Shown: positions 1 through 9,931, counted from the first letter of the stretch. The stretch: DNA of 37,124 nucleotides from Candidatus Methylomirabilia bacterium (GCA_041496385.1 JBGQEL010000037.1:1-37124); one strand, 5' to 3'. The notes: generated by a model from the letters alone, not told the origin. Translations and numbers: made by a program.

Positions 1-1158
1 CACGTTGAGGGTCTGGCCGAGGAAGTACATGCAGATGAACGAGAGCAGGATCGAGAGCGGGATGGCGATCGAGATGATCAGCGTGGAGGTCAGCGAGCGC
101 AGGAAGAGGAGGATCACGAGGAAGGCCAGCGCGGAGCCCTGCATCGCCTCGTGCCAGAGGCTCTCGATCGCCTGGCGGATGTAGATCGACTGGTCGAACG
201 TGATCCCGACCTGCACCCCCGGCGGCACGCCGATGACCTTGGGCAGGAGTGCCTTCACCTGGTCCACGACCGCGATCGTGTTGGCGCCGGGCTGCTTGTT
301 GACGCGCATGAAGACGCCGCGGGTGCCGTCGATCCGGACGACCGCGGTCTGGGTCTCGGCCGAGTCCTCGACGCGGCCGATGTCCTTCACGTGGATCGGC
401 GTGTCGTTGGTGCCGGCCTTGCGGACGACGATGTCCTCCATCGGCGCCACGATCTTGAACTGGTTGTTCGTGTAGATGTTGTAGTCGAGCCGGCCGACCT
501 TGATGTCGCCCGCGGGCAGCAGGAAGTTCGAGTCGTTCACGGCGCGGACCACGTCGAGGATCGAGAGGCGCTTGGCGTAGAGCTGGTCGCGGTTCAGGTT
601 GACCGTGATCTGCCGGACCTTGCCGCCGTCCACCGAGGCCGACGCGACGCCGGCCAGGCGCTCGAGCTGGGGCTCGACCGTGTTGTACGCCAAATCGTAG
701 AGCTGCCGCTCGTCGAGGCCGCCGCCCGACACCGTGACGATCGCCACGGGAATGTTCGAGAGGTCGAACCGCACGATGAAGGGCTGCTTGATGCCGGTCG
801 GCAGCGAGTTGAGGATCTGCTGGATCCGCTGGATGACCTCGGTCTGGCCGTTGTTGACGTCCGCGCCCCAGTTCATCCAGAGCCGCACCGTCGAGAGGCC
901 CTGGCGCGACTTGGACTCGACGAACTTCACGTCGCTCACCGCGCTCACGGCCTTCTCGATCGGGTAGGTGACGGTCTTCTCGATGTCGAGGACGCCGGCG
1001 CCCGTGTAGACGGTGCCGATGTTGATGATCGGCAGGTTGATGTTCGGGAAGAGGTCGATCGGCAGCCGCCCGAGCGCCACGAAGCCCAGGATGGCCACGC
1101 CCAGCGACGCCATCAGAATCGCGATGGCGTTCCGCAGGGCGAGGAGCGTCATCCACAT
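1..1158 (-). CDS. RND efflux transporter permease subunit (AcrB/AcrD/AcrF family), N-terminal part; runs off the left edge
   Basis: Not in the ORF track because it has no stop in the window. Manual minus-strand translation from ATG 1158 gives MWMTLLALRNAIAILMASLGVAILGFVALGRLPIDLFPNINLPII...IEKTVTYPIEKAVSAV, the typical RND N-terminus. Lies 1 nt downstream of the adaptor gene. Confidence 0.93.
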   Translation of the reverse strand, partial: MWMTLLALRNAIAILMASLGVAILGFVALGRLPIDLFPNINLPIINIGTVYTGAGVLDIEKTVTYPIEKAVSAVSDVKFVESKSRQGLSTVRLWMNWGADVNNGQTEVIQRIQQILNSLPTGIKQPFIVRFDLSNIPVAIVTVSGGGLDERQLYDLAYNTVEPQLERLAGVASASVDGGKVRQITVNLNRDQLYAKRLSILDVVRAVNDSNFLLPAGDIKVGRLDYNIYTNNQFKIVAPMEDIVVRKAGTNDTPIHVKDIGRVEDSAETQTAVVRIDGTRGVFMRVNKQPGANTIAVVDQVKALLPKVIGVPPGVQVGITFDQSIYIRQAIESLWHEAMQGSALAFLVILLFLRSLTSTLIISIAIPLSILLSFICMYFLGQTLNV

Positions 1159-1159
1159 G

Positions 1160-2461
1160 CTATTTCTTCACCTCCGAACGGACCTTCTGGCCCTCGCGCA
1201 CGAGCTCCTTGCCCTCGACGATCACGAGCTCGTCGCCCTGGAGCCCCCGCGTCACCTCGATCAGCGTGCCCTCGCCGACCCCCGTGGTGATGGTGCGCTT
1301 GCTCACCACGCCGTTCGCGCCGACCAAGAAGACGACCGCCACGTCGCCCTCGTTCCCGAGCGCCTCGCCCTGGATCAGGACGGCGCCAGGGTGGCGGTCG
1401 ATCAGCAGCTCGACGCGCGCGTACATGCCGGGCTTGAGGAGCTGCTCCTTGTTCGCGATCTCCATCTCGACGCCGAGCGTCCGCGTGCGCGGGTCGAGCG
1501 AGTGGACGGTGCGCGTGGCGCGCGCCTCGAACACGCGGTCGGGGTAGGCGTCAACGAAGACGCGCGCGGTTGAGCCGAGGCGCACCAGCTGGATGTGGCG
1601 CTCCTGGACCTCGACCTGCACCTTGACCGTCGCGATGTCCTGAAGCATCAGGATGCCGACCGACGTCGTGGACGTGCCGGCCTGCTGGGAGCTGACGGCG
1701 GCGCCGGTGTAGAGGTTGCGCGCCGAGATGTAGCCGGCGAAGGGCGCCAGGATCCGGGTGTTGTCGAGGCTCGTCTGGGCGATCTTGAGAAAGGCGCGCG
1801 CGCCGTCGACGTTCGCCCTGGCGAGGACGACCTGGCTCCGCTGGGTCTCGATCTGGCTGAGCGCCGCCGCGACCTGGGCCCCGGCGGCGACGAGCGACGC
1901 CTGGGAGGAGTCCGCGTTGGTCTGCGCGTTGTCCCGGTCCATGGCCGAGATGAGCCCGCGGCCGTGGAGGTCGTCGAGCCGCTGGGTGTTGCGCCGGTCG
2001 TTGACGGCGACCGCGCGGGCCCGGGCGAGGTTGGCCTCCTGGTTGGCCATGTTCGCCTTCGCCGATTCGACGTTCGAGTCCGCCACCTTCAAGTTGGCCT
2101 CGGCGGTCGACACCGCCGCCCGCGCCTGCTCCACCGCGGCGGCCATCTCGGGCGCCTCCACCTCCACGAGGAGCTGGCCCTCCTTGACGAAGTCGCCGAG
2201 GTCGGCCCCCAGGCGCTTGATGTAGCCGCTGACCTTCGAGAAGATCGCGACCTGCTGATTCGGCGACACGTCCGCCGTGTAGGCGAGCTTCACGTCGAGG
2301 TCCTTCCGGATGGGTTTGGCCACGCCCACCACGATCTCGACCTGGCGGCGGGGCACCGCCGCGGCCTGCTGTTTCCGGATTCTTTGGGCGACGAGCACGG
2401 TGACGGCGACCCCGAGCAGCAGGAGGACGAAGAAGACGCGGTGTCGGCGGAGGAGCCCCAT
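1160..2461 (-). CDS. RND efflux periplasmic adaptor (membrane fusion protein)
   Basis: N-terminal hydrophobic anchor, lipoyl half-motifs (SKVSGYI..LGDFVKEGQLL; ILAPFAGYI), long coiled coil and LKPGMYARV beta-barrel motif; adjacent to the RND permease. Confidence 0.93.
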   Translation of the reverse strand: MGLLRRHRVFFVLLLLGVAVTVLVAQRIRKQQAAAVPRRQVEIVVGVAKPIRKDLDVKLAYTADVSPNQQVAIFSKVSGYIKRLGADLGDFVKEGQLLVEVEAPEMAAAVEQARAAVSTAEANLKVADSNVESAKANMANQEANLARARAVAVNDRRNTQRLDDLHGRGLISAMDRDNAQTNADSSQASLVAAGAQVAAALSQIETQRSQVVLARANVDGARAFLKIAQTSLDNTRILAPFAGYISARNLYTGAAVSSQQAGTSTTSVGILMLQDIATVKVQVEVQERHIQLVRLGSTARVFVDAYPDRVFEARATRTVHSLDPRTRTLGVEMEIANKEQLLKPGMYARVELLIDRHPGAVLIQGEALGNEGDVAVVFLVGANGVVSKRTITTGVGEGTLIEVTRGLQGDELVIVEGKELVREGQKVRSEVKK

Positions 2462-2471
2462 TCAGGGCGAG

Positions 2472-2480
2472 ATCATATCA
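2472..2480 (-). promoter_or_regulatory. Extended -10 promoter TGaTATGAT of the RND operon
   Basis: Minus strand reads TGATATGAT, 10 nt, then ATG(2461); no SD sequence in between. Confidence 0.55.
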
Positions 2481-2499
2481 TCCCGACCCCGGCGCTGAA

Positions 2500-2850
2500 T
2501 CACGGCTCGCGACGCTCCTCCGCGGGCGGCCTGACTCCCGCCGGGTAGACGGTGCGGCTCCCGTCGGCCGGGTTGACGGAGGTCAGGGGCGGCGCGTAGG
2601 ACTCGTGCTCGGAGATCCGGCGCTCCCAGTGGCCCGGGACGAGCGCCTGCCCTCCCGCCGGCTGCGGGATCCAGCGGTCGGGCACCCAGACGGAGTCCGG
2701 TCGGACTGTCTCGCGCGGCGTGACGGTCGGGATGGGGGCGCGGCTCATGCTGTTGATCCGATCGATCGCGGTCGAGGTGGGCGTGCCCGCCTGGAGAACG
2801 AGCAGCAGCGCGCCGGCGAGCAGGGCACTGCCGCGGCCGAGGTCACGCAT
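2500..2850 (-). CDS. Small hypothetical secreted protein with YXWGXW-like Trp motifs
   Basis: ATG 2850 overlaps the ligase stop (ATGCGTGA). Signal-peptide-like MRDLGRGSALLAGALLLVLQA, then VWVPDRW...VPGHWER motifs in a Pro-rich body. Confidence 0.65.
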   Translation of the reverse strand: MRDLGRGSALLAGALLLVLQAGTPTSTAIDRINSMSRAPIPTVTPRETVRPDSVWVPDRWIPQPAGGQALVPGHWERRISEHESYAPPLTSVNPADGSRTVYPAGVRPPAEERREP

Positions 2851-4495
2851 CCCTGGGCGTCCAGTTCTGGTACCGCTCGCGCAGGACCTTCTTGTCGAAC
2901 TTGCCGACGCTCGTTTTCGGCACGGCATCGATGATCAGGACCTCGTCCGGCAGCGCCCACTTGGCGAGCTGCGGCCGCAGGAACTCGACGATCTCCGCGG
3001 CCTCGAGCCGCTGGCCCGGCTTGGCCACGACGCAGGCCAGGGGACGCTCGACCCACTTGGGATGCGGTACCGCGATCACGGCCGCCTCCAGGACTCTGGG
3101 ATGCGCCATGATCATGTTCTCGACGTCGACGCTCGAGATCCACTCGCCACCGGACTTGATGAGGTCCTTCGTCCGGTCGGTGATCTGCACGTAGCCCTCC
3201 GCGTCGATCGTCGCGACGTCGCCGGTCCTGAACCAGCCGTCCCTCGTGAACCGGTCCGCCGACGCCGGGTTGTCGTAGTACGACGCGAGGACCCACGGAC
3301 CGCGCACCTGGAGCTCCCCCATGCCGACGCCGTCCCACGGGAGCTCCTGGCCCGTCTCGTCCACGATCCGCGCGTCCACGCCGACCGACGGGTAGCCCAC
3401 GCGTGCCCGCACGTCGTACTGCGCGTCCTCGGGCCAGTCGTTCATGTAGCTCTTGAGTCGGCCCACGGTGCCGATCGGCGTCATCTCGGTCATGCCCCAG
3501 GCGTGGCTCATGGTGACGCCGAACTGCTTGCGGTACGCGAGCTGGAGGGCCTTGGGCGCGGCGGAGCCGCCGATGACGATCGTCCGCAGCGAGGAGATGT
3601 CCCAGCCCTCCCGCTCGCAGAGCTCCTTCACCGCGATCCAGACCGTCGGCACCGCGCCCGTCAAGGTGACCTTCTCCCGCTGGACGAGCTCGCAGATGTC
3701 GCGCGGCTGCGGGTTCGGCCCGGCGAAGATCTGGGTCGCGCCGGCCATCACGCCCGTGAAGGGCACGCACCAGGAGTTCGCGTGGAACATGGGCACGATA
3801 TGCAGGAGCGTGTCGGCCTCGGAGATCGCGAACGAGTCGGCGCCGGCCTGGGCCAGGCAGTGGAGGAAGATCGCCCGGTGCGTGTAGACCACGCCCTTCG
3901 GGTTGCCCGTCGTGCCGGAGGTGTAGCACATGCCCGCGGCGTCGGTCTCCGCGAGCGCCGGCCAGCGCGCGATCGGCGCGGTCGCCGCCAGCAGCCGCTC
4001 GTAGTCGGGAAGCCCGGCGAGGGTCGCCGCGTCATCGCCCGCCGGCGTGGGGGCGTCGGGCATGATCACGATCGTCCGGACGGCCGGGATCTTGTCGCGG
4101 ATGCCCTCCAGGATCGGCCAGAGGCTCGCGTCGGCGAAGATCACCGAGTCGCCCGCGTGATTGATGATGAACGTGAGGTCCTGCGGCGCGAGGCGGAGGT
4201 TGAGCGTGTGGAGCACGGCACCGGAGCAGGGTACGGCCCAGTAGAGCTCGAGATGGCGGTGGCTGTTCCAGGCGAGCGTCGCCACGCGGTCGCCCCTGCG
4301 CACGCCGAGCTCGGCGAGGAGTCCCGCCAGGCGCAGCGTCCGCTCGGCGAAGTCGGCGTAGGTGTACCGGAAGAGGGGCCGCCCGGGGACACGGGTGGCA
4401 AGGGTCTTCTTCGGCCAGAGGCGGCGGCTGCGCTCGAAGAAGTGCGTGAGCGTCAGCGGGTAGTCCATCATGAGGTTGTGGATCTCGGCACCCAT
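2843..4495 (-). CDS. Fatty-acid/acyl-CoA ligase (AMP-binding, AlkK/DmdB-like)
   Basis: YTSGTTGNPKG A3 motif, AWGMTE, GWFRTGD, DRTKDLIKSGGEWI, PKTSVGKFDKK. GGGAGG SD upstream of ATG 4495. Confidence 0.93.
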   Translation of the reverse strand: MGAEIHNLMMDYPLTLTHFFERSRRLWPKKTLATRVPGRPLFRYTYADFAERTLRLAGLLAELGVRRGDRVATLAWNSHRHLELYWAVPCSGAVLHTLNLRLAPQDLTFIINHAGDSVIFADASLWPILEGIRDKIPAVRTIVIMPDAPTPAGDDAATLAGLPDYERLLAATAPIARWPALAETDAAGMCYTSGTTGNPKGVVYTHRAIFLHCLAQAGADSFAISEADTLLHIVPMFHANSWCVPFTGVMAGATQIFAGPNPQPRDICELVQREKVTLTGAVPTVWIAVKELCEREGWDISSLRTIVIGGSAAPKALQLAYRKQFGVTMSHAWGMTEMTPIGTVGRLKSYMNDWPEDAQYDVRARVGYPSVGVDARIVDETGQELPWDGVGMGELQVRGPWVLASYYDNPASADRFTRDGWFRTGDVATIDAEGYVQITDRTKDLIKSGGEWISSVDVENMIMAHPRVLEAAVIAVPHPKWVERPLACVVAKPGQRLEAAEIVEFLRPQLAKWALPDEVLIIDAVPKTSVGKFDKKVLRERYQNWTPRDA

Positions 4496-4613
4496 CGTCA
4501 CCGGCCTCCCAGGCTCTCCGGACCTTAAGGATAGGCTCGGGGGAGCGTCGACGTCCACTCGCGAGGTCGCGCGGCCCGGAGTCCCATCGCGATCATGGTA
4601 TCGTGGGGCCGCG

Positions 4614-6674
4614 ATGCGCTCACGCTGGAACGACGCCGACGCCGCGCGGCTCGACGAGCTCGACCGGCTCGTCTACGCGTCCCGGCTGGTCGGCGCCGAG
4701 ACGTCGCTCGTGGTCTGGGGCGGCGGCAACACCTCCATCAAGACCGTCGAGCGCGATCATCGCGGCCGCGAGGTCGACGTCCTCCGGGTGAAGGGCAGCG
4801 GCTCGGATCTCAAGTCGGTCCAGCGCAAGGACTTCCCGGGCGTCCGCATGGAGGACATCCGCGCCCTCCTCGACCGCCAGGACATGGGCGACCAGGAGAT
4901 GGTCGCCTATCTCGCCCACGCGCTCCAGGATCCGGGCGGCGTGCGGCCGTCGATCGAGACGCTCCTGCACGGCTTCCTGTCGGCGCCCGCCGTCGTGCAC
5001 ACGCACGCCGACGCGATCGTGTCGCTCACCAACAACGACCGGTGCGCCGACGTCTTCCAGTCCGTCTACGGCAAGGACGTCATCACGCTGCGCTACCTCC
5101 GCCCCGGCTTCCGCATCTCGCGCGAGGTGGCCGACGCCATCGCGGCGTATCCCGAGGCGCGGGCGCTCGTGCTCGAGCGTCACGGCACGATCAGCTGGGG
5201 CGCCACCATCCGCGAGGCGTACGAGGCGACCCTCGAGCTGATCTCGCGGGCCGAGGAGGCCATCGCCGAGCGCGCCAAGGGGCGCCGCGTCTTCGGCGGG
5301 CCGCGCGTGTCCGTGCTCCCGCCCGCGGAGCGTCGCGCCGCTGCGCTCGAGGTGGCGCCGCGCCTGCGCGGCCTCCTCGGCCGCACGCGCCGCGTGGTCG
5401 TCGCCTTCGACGACGCGCCCGCCGTCGCCGAGTTCGCCTCCTCCGGCGAGGCGCCGCGGCTCTCGCAGATCGGGCCGGCGACGCCCGACCACACGATCTA
5501 CACCAAGCGGCTGCCGTGCTTCGTGGCGCTCGACGGGCCCGTGACGGGGCCGGCGCTCGCCGCCGCCGTCGAGCGGTCCGTCGCCGAGTTCGCGGCGAGC
5601 TATACGCGCTACTTCGAGGCGCACCGGTTCGAGGGCGCCGAGCTGACCGACGCGCTCCCGCGCGTGGTCCTGGTGCCCGGGCTCGGCATGTTCACGGCCG
5701 GGAAGGACCGGCGCACGGCGGGGATCGTGAGCGACATCTACCACCACACGATCGACGTTCTCGGCAACGCCTCGGCGTTCGGCGGCTACGTCTCGCTCTC
5801 CGCCAGGGACGCGTTCGACGTCGAGTACTGGCCGCTCGAGCTCTACAAGCTCACGCTGGCGCCGCCCGAGAAGGAGCTCGCGCGCCGGGTCGCGCTCGTG
5901 ACGGGCGGCGGCTCGGGGATCGGCCGCGCCGTCGCCCGGCGCCTCGCCGCCGAGGGCGCCCACGTCGTCGTCGGCGACCTCGACGAGGCGGGGGCCCGCG
6001 CGACGGCCGACGGGATCGTCGCGGCCGTCGGCGCGGGGCGGGCGCTGGGGCTCCTCATGGACGTGACGCGGGAGGACTCGGTGCGGGCGGTCTTCGAGGA
6101 GACCGTTCTCGCCTACGGGGGGCTCGACATCCTCGTCTCGAACGCGGGCGTCGCCCATTCGGCTCCGGTGGACCGGATGCGTCTCGAGGACTGGGAGCGC
6201 TCGTTCGCGGTGAACGCGACTGGGCATTTCCTCGTCGCCCGGGAGGCGATGCGGATCCTCATCGCGCAGGGGCTCGGCGGCGCCCTCGTCTTCGTCGCGA
6301 CCAAGAACGTCATGTCCCCCGGCAAGGACTTCGCCGCCTACTCCGCCGCGAAGGCGGCGGAGGCTCAGCTCGCCAAGGTCCTGGCGCTCGAGGGGGCGCC
6401 CCACGCGATCCGGTCGAACATCGTGAACCCCGATGCCGTCTTCCAGGACTCGAAGCTCTGGTCCGAGGACGTCCGGCGCGAGCGCGCCGCGGCGCAGGGC
6501 ATCACCACCGACCAGCTCGAGGAGTTCTACCGCAAGCGCAACCTGCTTGGCGTTCGCATCCTGCCCGAGGACGTCGCCGAGGCGGTGCTCTTCCTGGCCG
6601 CGGACCGCTCGTCGAAGACGACCGGCTGCACGCTGACCGTGGACGGCGGCGTACGGGACGCGTTTCCCCGGTGA
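4614..6674 (+). CDS. rhaD: Bifunctional rhamnulose-1-phosphate aldolase / short-chain dehydrogenase (RhaD/YuxG type)
   Basis: Class II aldolase GGGNTS, KGSGSDL, PSIETLLH, HTHAD, TPDH and EYWPLE motifs fused to an SDR (TGGGSGIG, NAG, YSAAK, NPDAV). ATG at 4614. Confidence 0.9.
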   Translation: MRSRWNDADAARLDELDRLVYASRLVGAETSLVVWGGGNTSIKTVERDHRGREVDVLRVKGSGSDLKSVQRKDFPGVRMEDIRALLDRQDMGDQEMVAYLAHALQDPGGVRPSIETLLHGFLSAPAVVHTHADAIVSLTNNDRCADVFQSVYGKDVITLRYLRPGFRISREVADAIAAYPEARALVLERHGTISWGATIREAYEATLELISRAEEAIAERAKGRRVFGGPRVSVLPPAERRAAALEVAPRLRGLLGRTRRVVVAFDDAPAVAEFASSGEAPRLSQIGPATPDHTIYTKRLPCFVALDGPVTGPALAAAVERSVAEFAASYTRYFEAHRFEGAELTDALPRVVLVPGLGMFTAGKDRRTAGIVSDIYHHTIDVLGNASAFGGYVSLSARDAFDVEYWPLELYKLTLAPPEKELARRVALVTGGGSGIGRAVARRLAAEGAHVVVGDLDEAGARATADGIVAAVGAGRALGLLMDVTREDSVRAVFEETVLAYGGLDILVSNAGVAHSAPVDRMRLEDWERSFAVNATGHFLVAREAMRILIAQGLGGALVFVATKNVMSPGKDFAAYSAAKAAEAQLAKVLALEGAPHAIRSNIVNPDAVFQDSKLWSEDVRRERAAAQGITTDQLEEFYRKRNLLGVRILPEDVAEAVLFLAADRSSKTTGCTLTVDGGVRDAFPR

Positions 6675-6681
6675 CGCCCTG

Positions 6682-7551
6682 ATGCGGTTCGGCGCCCAGC
6701 TCCCGATGCTCCCGCCCCAGGACCAGTGGGCGCTCGTCCGGCGCCTGGAGGATCTCGGCTTTGACTCGGTCTGGACGGGCGACCACGTCTCCTTCCACAA
6801 CCCGCTCTACGATTCGCTGACGCTGCTGGCCTCGTACGCGCCGCTCACGAGGCGGATCCGCCTCGGCACCGCGGTGTACCTCTTGGCGCTCCGCGCGCCG
6901 GCGATCGCCGCGAAGGTCGCCGCGACCGTGGACGTGCTCTCGGGTGGGCGACTCATCTTCGGCGTGGGCGTCGGCGGCGAGAACCCGAAGGAGTTCGAGC
7001 TCTGCGGCGTCCCGCACCGCGAGCGCGGCGCGCCGGCGACCTTCCGGGGACGGTTCACGTCCTTCGAGGCCGTCTCGATCGATCCCAAGCCCGTGCAGAC
7101 GCCGGCCCCGCCGATCTGGCTCGGCGGCCGCTCGGATGCCGCGCTCGCTCGCGCCGGCCGGCAGGGCGACGGCTGGGTCTCCTACATCGTCCGCCCCGAC
7201 CGCTACGCGCAGAGCCTCGAGCGGATCCGCGCCGCGGCGCACGCCGCCGGCCGTGCGCTCGACGGTTTCACGGCCGCGCACCTGGCGTTCGTCACCGTCG
7301 GCCGCGACTACGAGCAGGCCAAGAAGACCTGGGTCGCCCACCTGTCCAGGCGCTACGCGCAGGACTTCGAGCCGCTCGCGAAGAAGTACGGCGTCATCGG
7401 CACGCCCCAGCAGTGCGCGGAGCAGCTCGCCGAGTTCGCCGACGCCGGCTGCGGCTACGTCATCGTCGACGCGATCGGCGAGGCCCGGGACAAGCGGGAC
7501 CAGTTCGAGGCGATCGCCGCCGACGTCATCCCCCGGTTCGAGCGCGGCTGA
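6682..7551 (+). CDS. LLM-class flavin (F420/FMN)-dependent oxidoreductase; possibly carries an internal in-frame deletion
   Basis: GFDSVWTGDH, RIRLGTAV, AKVAATVDVLSGGRLIFGVGVG, PPIWLGG, GDGW motifs. Confidence 0.88.
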   Translation: MRFGAQLPMLPPQDQWALVRRLEDLGFDSVWTGDHVSFHNPLYDSLTLLASYAPLTRRIRLGTAVYLLALRAPAIAAKVAATVDVLSGGRLIFGVGVGGENPKEFELCGVPHRERGAPATFRGRFTSFEAVSIDPKPVQTPAPPIWLGGRSDAALARAGRQGDGWVSYIVRPDRYAQSLERIRAAAHAAGRALDGFTAAHLAFVTVGRDYEQAKKTWVAHLSRRYAQDFEPLAKKYGVIGTPQQCAEQLAEFADAGCGYVIVDAIGEARDKRDQFEAIAADVIPRFERG

Positions 7552-7560
7552 GCGCGGCCG

Positions 7561-8274
7561 ATGAAGCCGATCGAGTGCCGCGCGGGCGTCGTGGCGGTGC
7601 GGCGGCTCGCGGCCGAGATCCTCGAGGCGGACCTGGAGATGCGTGAACCCTCCGAGCTCGGCTTCGACGCCGGCCAGTGGGTCTCCGTGCCGTTCGGCCC
7701 CAAGATCGTGCGCGCCTACTCGATCGCGTCCACGCCCCGCTCGCCCCGGCGCATCACGCTCTGCGCCGACGTGGCCCCTGGCGGGATCGGCTCGCGCTGG
7801 TTCCGCGAGCTGGTCGCGGGCGACGAGGTCCGGTTCAAGGGGCCGCTGGGCGGCTTCGTCTTCTCCCGCGCCGACGGGCGACGCCCCCTCTTCGTCGCCG
7901 AGGAGATCGGCATCGTGCCGGTCCGGGGGCTCCTCACGGAGCTCTTCGAGACGGGGTTCGGGCGGCCCACGGCGCTCGCGTACTGGGCGCGCGATCCGGG
8001 CTGGCTCGTCTACGACGCCGAGTTCCGCTCGCTCGCGCGCCGCTACCCCGCCTTCTCGTATCATCCCGTGCTGGCGAGCGCCGCGGGCGACTGGCGCGAC
8101 GCCGCGAGCGGGCTCGCCGAGGTCGTGGCGCGCATCGTGTCGGACGTCTCGAATCTCGTCGCCTACGTGGCGGGCGGCGAGGCCATGATCCATCGCGTGC
8201 GCGACGTGCTGGTCTCCAAGGGGATGGACCGCAAGGCGGTGAAGTGGGAGAAGTTCTACACCGGTGACAGGTGA
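7561..8274 (+). CDS. FAD-binding oxidoreductase, ferredoxin-NADP reductase-like family
   Basis: F.AGQWV, RAYSIAS (RxYS FAD motif), GxxS, GPLGGF and a C-terminal EKF; the NAD(P) motifs are atypical. Confidence 0.8.
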   Translation: MKPIECRAGVVAVRRLAAEILEADLEMREPSELGFDAGQWVSVPFGPKIVRAYSIASTPRSPRRITLCADVAPGGIGSRWFRELVAGDEVRFKGPLGGFVFSRADGRRPLFVAEEIGIVPVRGLLTELFETGFGRPTALAYWARDPGWLVYDAEFRSLARRYPAFSYHPVLASAAGDWRDAASGLAEVVARIVSDVSNLVAYVAGGEAMIHRVRDVLVSKGMDRKAVKWEKFYTGDR

Positions 8275-8281
8275 GAACGCG

Positions 8282-9931
8282 ATGGACCTGACGGGCGGAG
8301 AGCTGGTCGCGCGCACGCTCAAGCAAGCGGGCGTCGGGCACGTGTTCACCCTCTGCGGCGGTCACATCCTGCCGATCTACGACGGCTGTCTCACCGAGGG
8401 CATCCGGATCGTGGACTTCCGACACGAGCAGGCGGCGGCCCACGCCGCCGACGCTTGTGCGCGGCTCACGCGTAACATCGGCGTGGCGATCGTCGCGCCC
8501 GGACCCGGCGTGACCGATGCCGTCACGGGTGTCGCCAACGCCTACGCCGCCCGGAGCCCGGTGCTCCTGATCGGCGGCGCCGCGCCGCTGGCGCTTCGGG
8601 GCCTCGGCGCGCTCCAGGAGATGGACCAGATCGCGCTCATGCGATCGGTCACGAAGGGCGCCTTCACGGTCGCCGAGACGCGGCAGATCCCCGAGGTCCT
8701 GACGACCGCGATCCGCACGGCGCTCTCGGGCCGGCCCGGTCCCGTCTTCGTCGAGATCCCCGTGGACCTCCTGATGACGACGATCGAGGATCGTCTCGCG
8801 CCGATCCCCCGGCAGTACGTGCACCGGTCGCGCCCCGCCGCCGAGCCCGGGACGCTCGCCCGGCTCGAGCGCCTGTGGACGGCCGCCGAGCGTCCCGTGG
8901 TCGTCGCGGGCAGCGGTGTCTGGTGGGACGACGCCGCGCAGTCGCTCGCCGCCTTCGCCGAGCGCACGGGCGCGCCCGTCTTCATGAACGGCGCCGGCCG
9001 CGGCGCGCTCCCGACCGCCCACCCCTGCGCGTTCTCCCAGGCGCGCGGGTTCGCGCTCGGCAACGCCGATTTCGTCCTGGTGCTCGGCGCCCAGCTCGAC
9101 TTCCGTCTGGGCTACGGCCGGCCGCCCGTCTTCGCCGAGGGCGCCAGGGTCGCGATGGTGGACGTGGATCCGACCGAGCTCGGCCGCAACCGGCCGCTCG
9201 AGCTCGGGCTGACGGCCGACCTCGACGTGGTCCTCCGCCAGCTCGCCGACGCGGTGCCCAAGACCCAGGCGGCGCGCGTCGAGCCCTGGCTCACGAAGGT
9301 CCGCGCGAAGGAGGCCGAGAGCCGGCGGAAGCTCGAGGGCTTCTGCGCCTCCGAGGACGTGCCGGTGTCGCACTACCGTCTCGCCGCCGAGATCGCGCGC
9401 GTCGTCACGCCGGACACCTTCGTGGTCGGCGACGGCGGCGACGTCGTGGGCTGCGTCTCGAAGGTCGTGCCGCTCCACCGGCCGGGCCAGTGGCTCGATC
9501 CCGGCCCCCTCGGGACCCTCGGCATCGGTCCCTCGTTCGCGCTGACGGCGAAGCTGCTGAACCCGACGCAGCGCGTCCTGCTCGTCGCGGGTGACGGCGC
9601 CCTGGGGCTGAACGGCATGGAGCTCGAGACGGCGATCCGCTTCGGGCTTCCGCTCACCTGCGTCGTCGGGAACGACGGGGGCTGGGGGCAGATCAGGAAT
9701 CCCCAGCTGTCGTTCTACGGCGAGGCGCGCGCGGTGGCGACCTCGCTTCCGAACACGCGCTTCGATCTGATGGTCGAGGCGCTCGGCGGCCGCGGCGTGC
9801 TGATCCGCGAGCCCGGGCAGATCGGCCCGGCCCTCGAGCGCGCGCTCGCCTCGGACGAGGTCTGGTGCGTGAACGTGATCCTCGATCCCGAGGCCTACAA
9901 GAAGACGGGCACGGTCTCGATGGCGATCTAG
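8282..9931 (+). CDS. Thiamine-pyrophosphate-dependent enzyme (acetolactate synthase-like / 2-hydroxyacyl-CoA lyase family)
   Basis: [11 protein letters not shown] catalytic Glu, [22 protein letters not shown] and the GDG...NDGGWG TPP/Mg motif. Confidence 0.9.
   Translation: MDLTGGELVARTLKQAGVGHVFTLCGGHILPIYDGCLTEGIRIVDFRHEQAAAHAADACARLTRNIGVAIVAPGPGVTDAVTGVANAYAARSPVLLIGGAAPLALRGLGALQEMDQIALMRSVTKGAFTVAETRQIPEVLTTAIRTALSGRPGPVFVEIPVDLLMTTIEDRLAPIPRQYVHRSRPAAEPGTLARLERLWTAAERPVVVAGSGVWWDDAAQSLAAFAERTGAPVFMNGAGRGALPTAHPCAFSQARGFALGNADFVLVLGAQLDFRLGYGRPPVFAEGARVAMVDVDPTELGRNRPLELGLTADLDVVLRQLADAVPKTQAARVEPWLTKVRAKEAESRRKLEGFCASEDVPVSHYRLAAEIARVVTPDTFVVGDGGDVVGCVSKVVPLHRPGQWLDPGPLGTLGIGPSFALTAKLLNPTQRVLLVAGDGALGLNGMELETAIRFGLPLTCVVGNDGGWGQIRNPQLSFYGEARAVATSLPNTRFDLMVEALGGRGVLIREPGQIGPALERALASDEVWCVNVILDPEAYKKTGTVSMAI

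Noticed and set aside
151..1290. 379-aa plus-strand ORF and the other long alternative-frame ORFs (e.g. 4620-6800, 19382-21346, 32845-35217, 35183-37045)
   Set aside because: They overlap motif-bearing genes on the opposite strand or in another frame and have Arg/Ala/Gly-rich shadow composition.
4470..4613. Upstream extensions in the ORF track (4470, 4558, 9865, 12560, 16972, 17418, 19535, 21585, 27134, 30604)
   Set aside because: The extensions overlap neighbouring genes or promoters; downstream starts fit SD/overlap signals and family N-termini better.
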